Part shown: positions 9,148 to 18,747 of the stretch, piece after piece
How positions within the stretch are numbered: position 1 is the first letter of the stretch
Layout: every line of letters begins with the position of its first letter
Assembly (NCBI GenBank): GCA_963809895.1
Contig: CAWELD010000003.1
Location: 1,152,001-1,216,000, forward strand
DNA length: 64,000 bases
Reading direction: 5' to 3'
Source: an uncultured Gemmatimonadales bacterium
GTDB lineage: Bacteria > Gemmatimonadota > Gemmatimonadetes > Longimicrobiales > Gaopeijiaceae
Translations under genes and position numbers: made by a program
Notes under the pieces: generated by a model
Databases searched by the model: none
What the model was told of the DNA's origin: nothing
The model's input: only the letters and a program-made list of their open reading frames with translations

Positions 9148-11982
9148 ATGCGCCCTGCAACGAGCAGGATCCTCCTGGCGGCTGCGACGGCGGCGGTCTT
9201 CGTCGCCGCCTGCGACTCCGATGGCGGAGTCGCCTCGCCCCAGGTCGAATTGCTCACTATCGCCTTGTCCGTTCCGCAGGCCGAACCGACGGCCAACCGG
9301 TCCTTCCAGATCGTGGCGAGGGTCACCAACGCACGGGGCGAGGTGCACGCCGTGCCTCTGGTCTGGGACAGCGATGCGCCGGACATCGCGAGCGTGGACC
9401 GGAATGGGACGGTCTGGACCCATCGGGCCGGCCTGGCGCGGATCTCGGCGTCGCTGGATGACGTCGCCGATCACTCCGCTCCGGTGGCGGTGGCGACCCT
9501 CCGGGTGGTGGACGAGGTGGCCTTCGTCGAGATCATCGGGCCGGCGTCCACCACCCTGAGGCGCGGCGAGACGATCGAGCTTCAGGCTCGGGCACGGAGT
9601 GGAGACGGCACCCTACTCGAGCGAGAGGTGATCTGGACGAGCAGCGATCCCGGTGTAGCCACAGTGGCTGCGGACGGGACGGTGACGGCAATGTCGGCGG
9701 GGCTCGTGCTGGTGAGCGCACAGGCGGAACGCCGTATCGCGAGCCTGACCCTGAGGATCCTGGAGCCCGTGGCCTCGGTCCTGGTCACCCCGGGAGAGCA
9801 ACTACTCGGCCTGGGGCAGGAGGTGCGCCTCGCGGTCACCCTGCGGTGTGAAGCCGGCACGCCCCTGGTGGACCGCACCGTGACCTGGGTCAGCGATGCG
9901 CCCTCGGTGGTGGTCGTCACGGCCGACGGGCGAATCGTCGGTGTCGGAGAGGGTACTGCCGTGGTCACCGCCACCGCGGAGGGCGTGTCGGGAGTGGCCC
10001 TCGTGACGGTGAAGGCCGACGTGGGATCCATCCGGATCACCCCTGCCGCAGCGACCCTGGCACCGGGACGCATGCTCACCCTGTCCGCGAACGTGCAGGA
10101 TGCCGATGGGGCGGTCCTGCAGCGGGCGGTGAGTTGGGCCAGCTCGGACACCGCCGTGGCCCAGGTCCAGGCCGGCACCGTTCTGGCTCGACGGGATGGT
10201 GTCGCCACGATCACGGCTGCCGCCGAAGGGGTCGTGGGGTCCGCGCAGGTCACCGTCGTCGACCCGAATGTGCGCATCGAGATCCCCACGGGGCCCCTCG
10301 TCGTCGAGGAGGGTGGATCGCTCGCGTTGGAGGTAGTGGTCACCGACTCCGAAGGTCGCGTTGTCCAGCGCGCAGTCACGTGGTCGGTCGACGACGTCGA
10401 CGTGGCCACGGTGGTGGAGGGCGTGCTGCGCGGTCACAAGCCAGGCGCCACCGTCCTGGAGGCCCGGGTGGACGACCACGTGGCCCGGGTCGGTGTGGAG
10501 GTGGTGCCTCCGAGAGTGGCCCGCATCACGGTGACCCCCAGCGCCGCGACGCTCGCCGTCGGTGAGACGGTGAGCCTGCGCGCGGTGGCCGTGGACACCC
10601 GCGGGAGGGCCGTCTCGGGTCCCATCGTGTGGCGAAGCGCGAACGAGGACGTCGTCCGGATCGACGACACGGGCATGGCCACGGCGGTCGGGGGAGGCTC
10701 GACCCAGATCCGAGCGCAGTCCGGGCTCTACGTGGGCACGGCGATCATCAACGTGCTGGGTGCTGGCCCGGTGGATCACATCACCATCACCCGCACGGCC
10801 CAGGAGGACGCAGAACCGATTCGGGCGGGGACGACGGAGCAGCTGGTGGCCACCGCCTATGACGTTGATGCCAAAGCAATTCCAGGCGTCCAGTTCACGT
10901 GGAGCAGTAATGCCCCGTCGGTGGCTACCGTGGACGGCGACGGCCTCGTCACCGGCGTGTCCACGGGTACGGTGAGAATCACCGCGTCGGGACGGGCCAC
11001 GTCGGCCAGCATCGAGTTGCGCGTGGTGGGGAGTGGATCGGGCGGCGGAGGTGGTGGAGAGGGAGGACTGGGCAACAACCTGTCCACGCCGCTGATCTTC
11101 GCGGAAGGCGTGGGAGTGACCGGACTGCCCGTGGACGAGGATACCGGCCTGAGACCCACCGAGAGCGAAGCCATCGACGTCACCGTGAACCCCTTCTGGT
11201 TCGACGGCAATGAGCCGGATTGCGGGTATACGAACACCACCTACTACTGCCAGCAGAGCGAGAACACGTGGCGCGCGGGGTGGCAGGTTGCGCTCGCTGG
11301 AGAACCCCGCAGCGCGGTCGTCCAGTGGGGCGACAATCTGACGCACCACGCGTTCAACACCCATACGCCGCTGCGCGTCGAAGTTCGTCTCTACGATCGC
11401 AACGCCACCATGTCGGGGTTCTCGATGCCGTATGCCGTCGGGAGTGGACCCGACGAGATGCAGGGCACCGACGGCACGCTGATCGACCTCCAGCCCACGA
11501 TCTTCGCCGTCACGCCCCGCCTGGTCATCCAGAAGCTGGAGAATTACGACGAGGCCACCGGCGAGGGCGACGTGGTGGCCACGATCTACGACGCCGCCAT
11601 CTGGCAGACCCTGGGCGAGGACGGTCCGGGACGCTTCGGTGCCGAGGTCAACGTGGGCGGTACCCTCATCTACGGGTATCTGCTCTTCATCCGCGACCTG
11701 GTGCTGCCGGCAGATGTCCACAAGTACGGCTGGTGGCGTCTCATCGTCCAGCTGGACGACCAGGGCACCGTCGGCGGGGTGAGTTACCTCCGCAACCTGT
11801 CGCTGGACGACCTGCTCGTCGCCGATGAGAGCGAAGACGGTGAAGCCCTGCTCTTCACCCCGAAGCTGGATTCGGCGGCCTCCGCGACCTGGCTGGACAT
11901 CTGGGTCGAGTCCGCCAGTGGCGGTGGTGGTGGTGGTGGTGGCCATTCCGGCGACGGAACCGGGGAGCACAGCGGCGGCTGA
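9148..11982 (+). CDS. Large lipoprotein with ~7 Big_2 Ig-like repeats and an uncharacterised C-terminal 'GNNLS' domain
   Basis: GAGGAGG RBS; lipobox VAAC; repeated W-x-S-S-D/N-P-x-VATV-x-x-x-G-x-V units; Gly linker then GNNLS domain. Confidence 0.85.
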   Translation: MRPATSRILLAAATAAVFVAACDSDGGVASPQVELLTIALSVPQAEPTANRSFQIVARVTNARGEVHAVPLVWDSDAPDIASVDRNGTVWTHRAGLARISASLDDVADHSAPVAVATLRVVDEVAFVEIIGPASTTLRRGETIELQARARSGDGTLLEREVIWTSSDPGVATVAADGTVTAMSAGLVLVSAQAERRIASLTLRILEPVASVLVTPGEQLLGLGQEVRLAVTLRCEAGTPLVDRTVTWVSDAPSVVVVTADGRIVGVGEGTAVVTATAEGVSGVALVTVKADVGSIRITPAAATLAPGRMLTLSANVQDADGAVLQRAVSWASSDTAVAQVQAGTVLARRDGVATITAAAEGVVGSAQVTVVDPNVRIEIPTGPLVVEEGGSLALEVVVTDSEGRVVQRAVTWSVDDVDVATVVEGVLRGHKPGATVLEARVDDHVARVGVEVVPPRVARITVTPSAATLAVGETVSLRAVAVDTRGRAVSGPIVWRSANEDVVRIDDTGMATAVGGGSTQIRAQSGLYVGTAIINVLGAGPVDHITITRTAQEDAEPIRAGTTEQLVATAYDVDAKAIPGVQFTWSSNAPSVATVDGDGLVTGVSTGTVRITASGRATSASIELRVVGSGSGGGGGGEGGLGNNLSTPLIFAEGVGVTGLPVDEDTGLRPTESEAIDVTVNPFWFDGNEPDCGYTNTTYYCQQSENTWRAGWQVALAGEPRSAVVQWGDNLTHHAFNTHTPLRVEVRLYDRNATMSGFSMPYAVGSGPDEMQGTDGTLIDLQPTIFAVTPRLVIQKLENYDEATGEGDVVATIYDAAIWQTLGEDGPGRFGAEVNVGGTLIYGYLLFIRDLVLPADVHKYGWWRLIVQLDDQGTVGGVSYLRNLSLDDLLVADESEDGEALLFTPKLDSAASATWLDIWVESASGGGGGGGGHSGDGTGEHSGG

Positions 11983-12022
11983 CACTCGGCACCTCGGGTC
12001 ATGGCGCCCGAGAGCGGGTCCG

Positions 12023-12060
12023 CGGGGGGCGGCGTACCGACGCCGCCCCCCGTTGTCATT
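12023..12060 (+). terminator. Intrinsic terminator after first Ig lipoprotein
   Basis: 13-bp stem CGGGGGGCGGCGT / ACGCCGCCCCCCG, 4-nt loop, followed by TTGTCATT. Confidence 0.7.
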
Positions 12061-12228
12061 CCGACCCATCACCCACCCATGGCCGGCCCGCCGTGGGACA
12101 GCTTGTCACATGCCGCCGACGGAGCGCTCCCCATGAGAGGGCAGTCCGGCGGGTGTGCACCAGGCTTGTGGCGGCGTGCCTTGCTTGCCGCGGGTGCGAC
12201 AAATGCCGGATGCCCTACTCGGGCTGGG

Positions 12229-12243
12229 CGGCACGCCTCTCGC
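12229..12243 (+). promoter_or_regulatory. Putative sigma54 (-24/-12) promoter
   Basis: CGGCACG-CCTC-TCGC with exact GG-N10-GC spacing; about 85 bp upstream of the 12329 ATG. Confidence 0.5.
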
Positions 12244-12328
12244 CACCCCTGAATCCCGCGACCCCCGGGCACCTCGGAGCGAGACTGTCCGGCGGGGCAC
12301 CCATGAGAAGATCTCGGGAGGAGGGATC

Positions 12329-15316
12329 ATGAACACGCAGATTCGAACGCGTCCGAGCCCCAGGGCCTCGCCGACCGTAGCCGCGATGCGATGGGCGGTG
12401 ATTGCCGCTCTGGGTCTCGCCGCGGGCCTGGGCTGCAGCGATGACTCCAAGCCCGTCCAGCCCGTGCACGAGCATACCGTGGCCACCGTCTCGGTGGCGC
12501 CCAGCGCGCTCACCCTGAAGACGGGGCAGACGACCTTGCTCTCCGCCACGGCCCGCTGTGGGTGCGGCGCCCTGGTCGAGTCCACCGTCTCATGGACGAG
12601 CAACGCACCCTCCGTGGCCTCCGTGGACGAAGCCGGCACGGTCACCGGTATCGGGTTCGGGAGCGCGGTCATCACGGCCACCGCGGAAGGTGTCAGTGCC
12701 ACGAGCTTCCTGACCGTGGAGCCGCTCGGAACCATCGTCGGGCCGTCCGGCGGCACCATCGTGTCCACCGACGGCAACGCGGTATTGGAGATCCCGGCTG
12801 GAGCCTTGTCGGCGGCCACCGACATCACCGTCGTAAAGGTGGACGACGGCATGTTCGCGGACGATCCGTTCTACGTTGCCGGCACGGCGTATCAGCTCGG
12901 CCCGAACGGACTCCTGCTGCAGGAGCGGGCGCATCTGCGCATCCGCTTCGATCCCGATCAGGTGCCGGACGGCGCGCTGCACGAGCGGCTGCGCATCCGG
13001 GAGCGTGACCAGGACCAGAACCAGTGGCGCGAGACGCAGCAGAACCAGCTTCGCGCCCAGGAACACGTCGTGGAGGGCGACATACAGCGCCTGAGGATCC
13101 ACGCAGTGGTCGCGTTGGACCCGGTGGGAATCCCGGTGGCCACCGTGGAGGTGACGCCTCCGGAGTCCTCCATCGGGATGGGCGAGACGGTACAGCTCTC
13201 CGCCGCCATCCTGGACGAGCAGGGACTGCCCCTGGTGCGGAACGTCCACTGGAGCACCAGTGACGGCGCGGTGGCCACCGTGGACGGCGACGGGCTCGTC
13301 ACCGCCACCGGGTACGGCACCGCCGTGATCACGGCCGCGGCCGGCGGGCGAAGCGGCGACGCGACGGTGTCGGTGGTCGCCACGGGTACCCTCGTCGGAC
13401 CGGCCGGAGGAACCGTTGCCTCACCCGACGGCATGCTGGTGCTGGAGATCCCTGAAGGGGCCCTCGACGAGACCGTGGATGTCGTCGTGGAACGCCTGCA
13501 GGACGCCCTCTTCGTCGGCAATCCGCTGTACGTGACCGGCACCGCGTGGAATCTCGAGCCCGATCGGCTGCAACTGCGGGAGCGCGCTACCCTGCGCATC
13601 CACTACGACCCCAGCAACGTTCCGGCAGGCGTGAGCCACGATCGGCTCCGGCTCCGCGTCCGGGATCAGGATCAGAACCTGTGGCGCGCCATGGAGCGAC
13701 ATCGCCTCCGACTACAGGAACATGCGGTCGAGGCCGATATCGAGCACTTCTCCATGTACGCGGTGATCGCCGAGTCCGAGGAAGTACCGCCGCCGGTGGC
13801 GCTGGTTACGGTAAGCCCAGCCGTGGTGGAGCTGGACCCGGGCGAGACACTCCAGATGACCGCGTACGTCTACGACGCAGACGGGAACCTGCTGGACACG
13901 TCCGTGACGTGGTCCAGCGAGGACCCGTCCATCGCGACGGTGGATGGCAACGGTCTGGTCACCGGCGTGGCCGAGGGGAGCACGACCATCTCGGCCGCCG
14001 CGGGCGAGAAGAAGGGTCAGGGCTCGGTGAACGTCGGCTCCGGCGGACCTCCTCCCGCGTCGGTGACGGTGACCCCCGCCACGGCCTCGGTGCCGGTGGG
14101 CGGCAGCGTGCAGCTCTCCGCCGAGGTGCTGGACGACGACGGCAACGTCCTGGACGTGACCGTGACGTGGTCCAGCAGCAGCACCGGTGTTGCCACGGTG
14201 AGCTCCAGCGGCCTGGTCTCCGGCACGGCGCTCGGCGACGCCACGATCACCGCCAGGGTGAAGAACGTCTCGGGCACCGCATATGTCACGGTGGTGCCTC
14301 CCGTGTCGTCGGTGGTCATCGACGAGATCGGAAACGAGCCCCTGGAGGTGGGCCTGACGGTGCAGCTCAACGCCACGGCCTACGACCTCGGTGGACTCCC
14401 CGTGGACGCCGACATCGCGTGGAGCAGCAGCGATGAGGGAATCGCTACCGTGGATCAGGACGGCCTGGTGACCGGCCGTGGCCGCGGCACCGCCACCATC
14501 ACGGCGGCCGTAGGGACGGCGAGCGACGCGGTGAGCGTGAGGGTTGTCGGCGAGTCCACGGAGGGGTACGGCAACAACCTGTCCTGGCCCGTGATCTTTG
14601 CTGACGGGATCGGCATCACCGGCGTTGCGGTGACCGACGATCCGGGCATCCGTCCCCTGGCCACCGAGGAAGCGGTGGTCGACGCCCTGCCCTTCTTCTG
14701 GGAGGGCAACGTCCCGAACTACGCCGGCGTGTACTACGAGCAGCAGAGCTCGAACACCTGGGCAGCAGTCTGGGAGGACGGTACCGGACAACCGGAGTAC
14801 GAAACCCAGATCTACTGGGGTGACAACCTCACCCATCAGACCTGGAGCGCGTCCCGGCCCATCCGCGTGGAGCAGGCGCTCTACGCCACCGCCATCGGCA
14901 CCCGCACGGGCTACAGCATGACGTACCTGTACGGGGAGGGTCCCGAGGAGATGCAGGGGACCGACGGAAGCACCGCCGAGTTCATCCCCCTGATCTACAC
15001 CGTGGGACCGCAGCTCATCGTGGAGAAGCTCAGCGGAGCCGGTGGCTCGGTGGTCGCTACCGTCGTCGACGAGGCCGCCGGCAGCGAAGTGAACGTCGGC
15101 GGACGTGTCATCTACGGTTACAACCTCCAACTGAAGAACTGGACACCGCCCTCAGGGGTCACCAAGGACGGCTGGTATCGGCTCACGTTCGCCATCGCCA
15201 ACGGAGCCAACGTGGCCCTTTCCTCGGTGGGGAACGAAGGCGACGATCTCCTCTACCTGCCCGAGGTGAACGCGCAGAGGAACCTGAGCACGCTGGAGAT
15301 CTACATCGAGCCGTAG
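12329..15316 (+). CDS. Large lipoprotein with Big_2 repeats, two ZU5-like modules and a C-terminal 'GNNLS' domain
   Basis: GGAGGAGG RBS; lipobox LGC; Big_2 repeats; duplicated GP-x-GGT...LEIP-x-GAL modules; GNNLS domain paralogous to the upstream gene. Confidence 0.85.
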   Translation: MNTQIRTRPSPRASPTVAAMRWAVIAALGLAAGLGCSDDSKPVQPVHEHTVATVSVAPSALTLKTGQTTLLSATARCGCGALVESTVSWTSNAPSVASVDEAGTVTGIGFGSAVITATAEGVSATSFLTVEPLGTIVGPSGGTIVSTDGNAVLEIPAGALSAATDITVVKVDDGMFADDPFYVAGTAYQLGPNGLLLQERAHLRIRFDPDQVPDGALHERLRIRERDQDQNQWRETQQNQLRAQEHVVEGDIQRLRIHAVVALDPVGIPVATVEVTPPESSIGMGETVQLSAAILDEQGLPLVRNVHWSTSDGAVATVDGDGLVTATGYGTAVITAAAGGRSGDATVSVVATGTLVGPAGGTVASPDGMLVLEIPEGALDETVDVVVERLQDALFVGNPLYVTGTAWNLEPDRLQLRERATLRIHYDPSNVPAGVSHDRLRLRVRDQDQNLWRAMERHRLRLQEHAVEADIEHFSMYAVIAESEEVPPPVALVTVSPAVVELDPGETLQMTAYVYDADGNLLDTSVTWSSEDPSIATVDGNGLVTGVAEGSTTISAAAGEKKGQGSVNVGSGGPPPASVTVTPATASVPVGGSVQLSAEVLDDDGNVLDVTVTWSSSSTGVATVSSSGLVSGTALGDATITARVKNVSGTAYVTVVPPVSSVVIDEIGNEPLEVGLTVQLNATAYDLGGLPVDADIAWSSSDEGIATVDQDGLVTGRGRGTATITAAVGTASDAVSVRVVGESTEGYGNNLSWPVIFADGIGITGVAVTDDPGIRPLATEEAVVDALPFFWEGNVPNYAGVYYEQQSSNTWAAVWEDGTGQPEYETQIYWGDNLTHQTWSASRPIRVEQALYATAIGTRTGYSMTYLYGEGPEEMQGTDGSTAEFIPLIYTVGPQLIVEKLSGAGGSVVATVVDEAAGSEVNVGGRVIYGYNLQLKNWTPPSGVTKDGWYRLTFAIANGANVALSSVGNEGDDLLYLPEVNAQRNLSTLEIYIEP

Positions 15317-15346
15317 ACTCCACGCGCCGCTCGCCATGACTTCAAC

Positions 15347-15377
15347 GCCGGCCCGGGCACGCCCCGGGCCGGCTTCT
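15347..15377. terminator. Hairpin between convergent genes
   Basis: 11-bp stem GCCGGCCCGGG / CCCGGGCCGGC followed by TTCT. Confidence 0.55.
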
Positions 15378-15383
15378 CACGGG

Positions 15384-15839
15384 TCAGAAGCGCTCGCCCT
15401 TCGCTTCACGGATATGAGAGCCCACGGGGCGGATGCGCGTCCACATCCCCCAGAAGTAGGTGAGGATGGCCAGCACCTGCGATGTTCCCGCGGCGAGAAT
15501 CGCCCAGCGCAGCCAAGGCCACACGACGAAGGAGCGCGCAACCTCGCCCCCCACTCGCGCGGCGGTCGCCACTGCGAGGGTCCAGTACACCGCCGCCATC
15601 AGCCGGGGATCGTAGCGGGTGTCTCCCTTCTCGGCCCTGGGAAAGAGCCACAACGCCACGCCCAGGATCAGGAACATGACGAAACCGACCAGGATGGCGT
15701 GCGTGTGCGCGGAGCGCATGTAGGGCCCAGCGAACACCCCGTTGACCTCTCGCCGGTAGAGCATGACGAGTCCCAGTATCAGCCCGACGCCCAGGAACCC
15801 GATCCCCGTCTTGATGAAACGGCGTACCAACGTGTACAA
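15384..15839 (-). CDS. Four-TM membrane protein (heme-copper oxidase subunit I-like fragment family)
   Basis: GGAGG RBS with TTG start; four hydrophobic helices; SAHTH-x3-VGF and GVALWLFPR motifs. Confidence 0.7.
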   Translation of the reverse strand: MYTLVRRFIKTGIGFLGVGLILGLVMLYRREVNGVFAGPYMRSAHTHAILVGFVMFLILGVALWLFPRAEKGDTRYDPRLMAAVYWTLAVATAARVGGEVARSFVVWPWLRWAILAAGTSQVLAILTYFWGMWTRIRPVGSHIREAKGERF

Positions 15840-15999
15840 CGCTCACCTCCGTCCTCGCCGGAGCACGGCCCGAGACTGGCGCTCACCGGCGTTCTCTTAT
15901 TGATTTCCGGGACCGTGACGGCCCCCTCCGACCATCCCGTCGACGGTGACGCACCATCCCACCTCGGTCAACCACGGATTCCAAGCCGGAGGCTTCCAG

Positions 16000-16653
16000 A
16001 TGTCACGCAAGATGCCGCTTCTCCTCGCCGCCGCATTCGCCCTCGTCGTCGCGCCCGCCTCCGCTCAGCAACAAGGTCGCGGAGGCATGATGGGAGGCAT
16101 GGGAGGAATGGGAGAAGGGATGCAGGAAGGCATGATGGGGATGCTCCACGAGCACGGGGTCACTCCCGGGATCATGCTCCGCATCGCCGAGCCGCTGGGC
16201 CTCAGCGACGCGCAGGTGCAGCAGCTCCAATCGATCCAGAGCCGCGCCCGCGCCGACCACGATCAGCACATGGCCGCGAGCACGGCAGCCGAAGGGCACG
16301 CCAGCGAGCTCATGGCCGCCGAGCCCATGGACATGGACGCCTACCAGGCGGCACTTCAGGAAGCGGCCACGCACCACGTCATGGCTCAGGTGGCCATGAC
16401 CCGCAGCAGCGTGGACGCGCGGGCGGTGCTCACGCCCCAGCAGCGCACAACGCTGGACACCTCCATCGCCATCATGCACCTCATGAGCCCGGGCCAGGGG
16501 ATGATGGGCGGCGCGGGCGGAATGGGTGGCATGGCGGGGCATGGGCGGTGGCGGCAACTGAGTCACACCCGGCCGATCTCCACGCGCCACACCTCGGGGC
16601 CCTCCTCCAGGTACGTCCAGGTGAAGTGCCCCTCCTCTTCCGCCTGGAACTGA
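16000..16653 (+). CDS. Spy/CpxP-like periplasmic Met/His-rich protein
   Basis: GGAGG RBS; signal peptide; LGLSDAQ and VLTPQQR (LTxxQ) motifs; Met/Gly-rich termini. Confidence 0.75.
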   Translation: MSRKMPLLLAAAFALVVAPASAQQQGRGGMMGGMGGMGEGMQEGMMGMLHEHGVTPGIMLRIAEPLGLSDAQVQQLQSIQSRARADHDQHMAASTAAEGHASELMAAEPMDMDAYQAALQEAATHHVMAQVAMTRSSVDARAVLTPQQRTTLDTSIAIMHLMSPGQGMMGGAGGMGGMAGHGRWRQLSHTRPISTRHTSGPSSRYVQVKCPSSSAWN

Positions 16654-17156
16654 TACCAGAGGGGCTTGGGATCGTGGTCGTTGACCAGGGTGAACACCTC
16701 GCCGCTGGACAGCGACGCGAACAGGCGAAAGATGGTCGGATGCTTCTCCCGGGGCTCGACGACGCGCACATCGAGGACCATCTGTTCCTCTGAACGCGTC
16801 AGCCCCGGGAGATCGCCGACCGCCGCCACTCCCTCGTCGGCACTCCCGCGCCCGCCGTCGCATCGGGCCCGCGGCCTGGACACCTGCTTCGGATCGTAGA
16901 ACCACACGCGCCAGTCCTGCGGACCCAGCTCTTCGGTCCACGCCTTCAGCCCGAAGCCCGCCATGACGCTGTACAGGGGCACGGGATCGAAGATGGCGCG
17001 CACGCGCAGCACACCGTCGGGCGGCATCGACTGCCGAGCCGTCATGATGCGGTCGAACGGCTCCCGGCCGTTCATGAGATCCTCTCGCACGTCCACGTCG
17101 ACGAGTGCCGTGCCGGGGAGGTCGCGGAGGGCCTCGGGGATCACGGGCAGGGTCAT
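16563..17156 (-). CDS. Tandem DUF2249-domain protein
   Basis: DVRE...EPF..IM...FDPVPLY, then LDVR...KHPTIF...VNDHDPKPL...GPEVWRVEI; ATG overlaps the upstream stop. Confidence 0.85.
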   Translation of the reverse strand: MTLPVIPEALRDLPGTALVDVDVREDLMNGREPFDRIMTARQSMPPDGVLRVRAIFDPVPLYSVMAGFGLKAWTEELGPQDWRVWFYDPKQVSRPRARCDGGRGSADEGVAAVGDLPGLTRSEEQMVLDVRVVEPREKHPTIFRLFASLSSGEVFTLVNDHDPKPLWYQFQAEEEGHFTWTYLEEGPEVWRVEIGRV

Positions 17157-17473
17157 GGGTCCAACTCCTGAGTCTGTTGAATGAGTCCGGGATGCCACGG
17201 GGGATCGAAGACCAGCCGGGATTCGGCCGTGCCCACGCCGTCCACCGAAAGCGCGGAGCGGCGGATGCCCTCGCGGAGGTGGCTCTCCATGGGACATCCG
17301 GGCATGGTGAGCGTGTGGACGACTTCCACGCGGGCCGAGCCCGCGCCCTGGTCGGCCGTGACCACTACCGTCTGGATCAGCCCCAGCGTGACGATGTCCA
17401 GGCCGATCTCGGGATCGATGACGGTACGGAGCGCCTGCCACACGGCGCGCTCGATCTCGGCGGGGGCCCTCAT
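17153..17473 (-). CDS. DUF59 (SufT/PaaD-like) metal-sulfur cluster assembly factor
   Basis: ALRTVIDPEIGLDIVTLGLI, LTMPGCP, FDPPW; 3' part of ORF 17153..18550. Confidence 0.9.
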   Translation of the reverse strand: MRAPAEIERAVWQALRTVIDPEIGLDIVTLGLIQTVVVTADQGAGSARVEVVHTLTMPGCPMESHLREGIRRSALSVDGVGTAESRLVFDPPWHPGLIQQTQELDP

Positions 17474-18747
17474 CGAGAGCCCCCCAGGCCGACCCGAGCC
17501 AGTTGCAGAGCCATCACGGTGACGCCCGCACACAACAGCAGTGCCACGGCGCGCAGGGCCCCCACGGGAGCACCTGCCGCCAGGCAGGGCGGCAGCGCGA
17601 GGGCGGGGGCGGCGGTCATCGCCGCCGCAGCCCAGGCGACCCGCCGCGAATACAGCTCCGCCACGGTCGGCATGCGCTCCGTACCGAGCCGGGCCCCGAA
17701 TCGGTGAAACCAGGCGAGGAACGGGACGATGCGGTAGAGGTGTCCGGCCACGAATGGCGTGAACCCCGCCACGATGACCGCCGCCCCGTAGGCCTCGGCC
17801 CCGCCGGGATCGGCGGCACCGCGAGTCAGGGCGAACGGAGCCCACAGGAGCCCTCCGGCCAGGCCCACACCCCCGACGGCCACCAGCGTCATGCCCGGAT
17901 CCAGGTCGCGGCGACGTCGGTGCAGGAAGAAGAGGACGAGCTGCGCCAGGTACAGGCTCACGCCGGCGCCGCATACCAGCGCCGCCAGGCCGAGCCACAC
18001 GCCACCCGCGTGGTGCAGCAAGAGGGCGAGCACCAGCCCCCCGGTGACGAGCCGATAGGCCCAGAGCCCCGGCCATTCCGGTGCCCCGTGGCTCAACAGG
18101 AACATGGGCAGGAGACGCTGGGACACACCCACGACCACGAGGAGCACCCACCCCAACAGCGCCACGTGGAGGTGGAGGGTGAGGGCAAGAAGGCGATGCT
18201 CGCCCAGGTAGCCCCAGCGCAGATTTCCGCTCAGGGTGATACCGAGCAGGACGGCGATGATCAGGAACGCTCCCGCCACCGCCAGCGCCCGTCGGATGAG
18301 CCCGCCACGCGGCGCCCTCCCGAGAGTCCGAAAGAGGTTCGCGCTGAACAGGAGCAGCCCCAGCGTGACGAGGCCTGCGCCAGGCAGAAGTAGGATCGTG
18401 TCGCCGGTGGCCAACCCGGCCACCATGAGCGACACCCCCGGCACGTGCAGCGCGAGCGTCGCCCAGACCAGGATCGGCCAAGCCATCCCGACGCCCAGGG
18501 CGACCGGAATGAACTGATAGGCGGCACCCAGGATCGTGGTGGTGAGCCATCCCAGCGTGAAGAGATGGGTCACCGCCGCCACGCGCGGCGCCATGAAGGC
18601 TCCGGCGGCGAGCTCCGGCGAGATGAAGGCCAGCCCGGCCGAGCCGAGTGCGAGAAACGCCAGCGCCGCGGCGAAGTGGCTTCCGGGAACCCGGAAAGGC
18701 GGGGGCGGCGCCGAGGCCGGGCCGGCGCCCGGCGCGCCGCTGCTCAC
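17470..18747 (-). CDS. Multi-pass membrane protein with repeated His-helix motifs (DUF2249-operon associated)
   Basis: About 12 TM segments; THLFTLGW..GAAYQFIP, HLHVALLGW..GVSQRLLPMF, GHLYRIVPF. Confidence 0.75.
   Translation of the reverse strand: MSSGAPGAGPASAPPPPFRVPGSHFAAALAFLALGSAGLAFISPELAAGAFMAPRVAAVTHLFTLGWLTTTILGAAYQFIPVALGVGMAWPILVWATLALHVPGVSLMVAGLATGDTILLLPGAGLVTLGLLLFSANLFRTLGRAPRGGLIRRALAVAGAFLIIAVLLGITLSGNLRWGYLGEHRLLALTLHLHVALLGWVLLVVVGVSQRLLPMFLLSHGAPEWPGLWAYRLVTGGLVLALLLHHAGGVWLGLAALVCGAGVSLYLAQLVLFFLHRRRRDLDPGMTLVAVGGVGLAGGLLWAPFALTRGAADPGGAEAYGAAVIVAGFTPFVAGHLYRIVPFLAWFHRFGARLGTERMPTVAELYSRRVAWAAAAMTAAPALALPPCLAAGAPVGALRAVALLLCAGVTVMALQLARVGLGGSR

Noticed and set aside
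11920..11943. GGT/GGC trinucleotide run
   Set aside because: Encodes a poly-Gly tail; in-frame, so not a phase-variation tract
9802..12072. 756-aa minus-strand ORF
   Set aside because: Antisense shadow of the Ig lipoprotein
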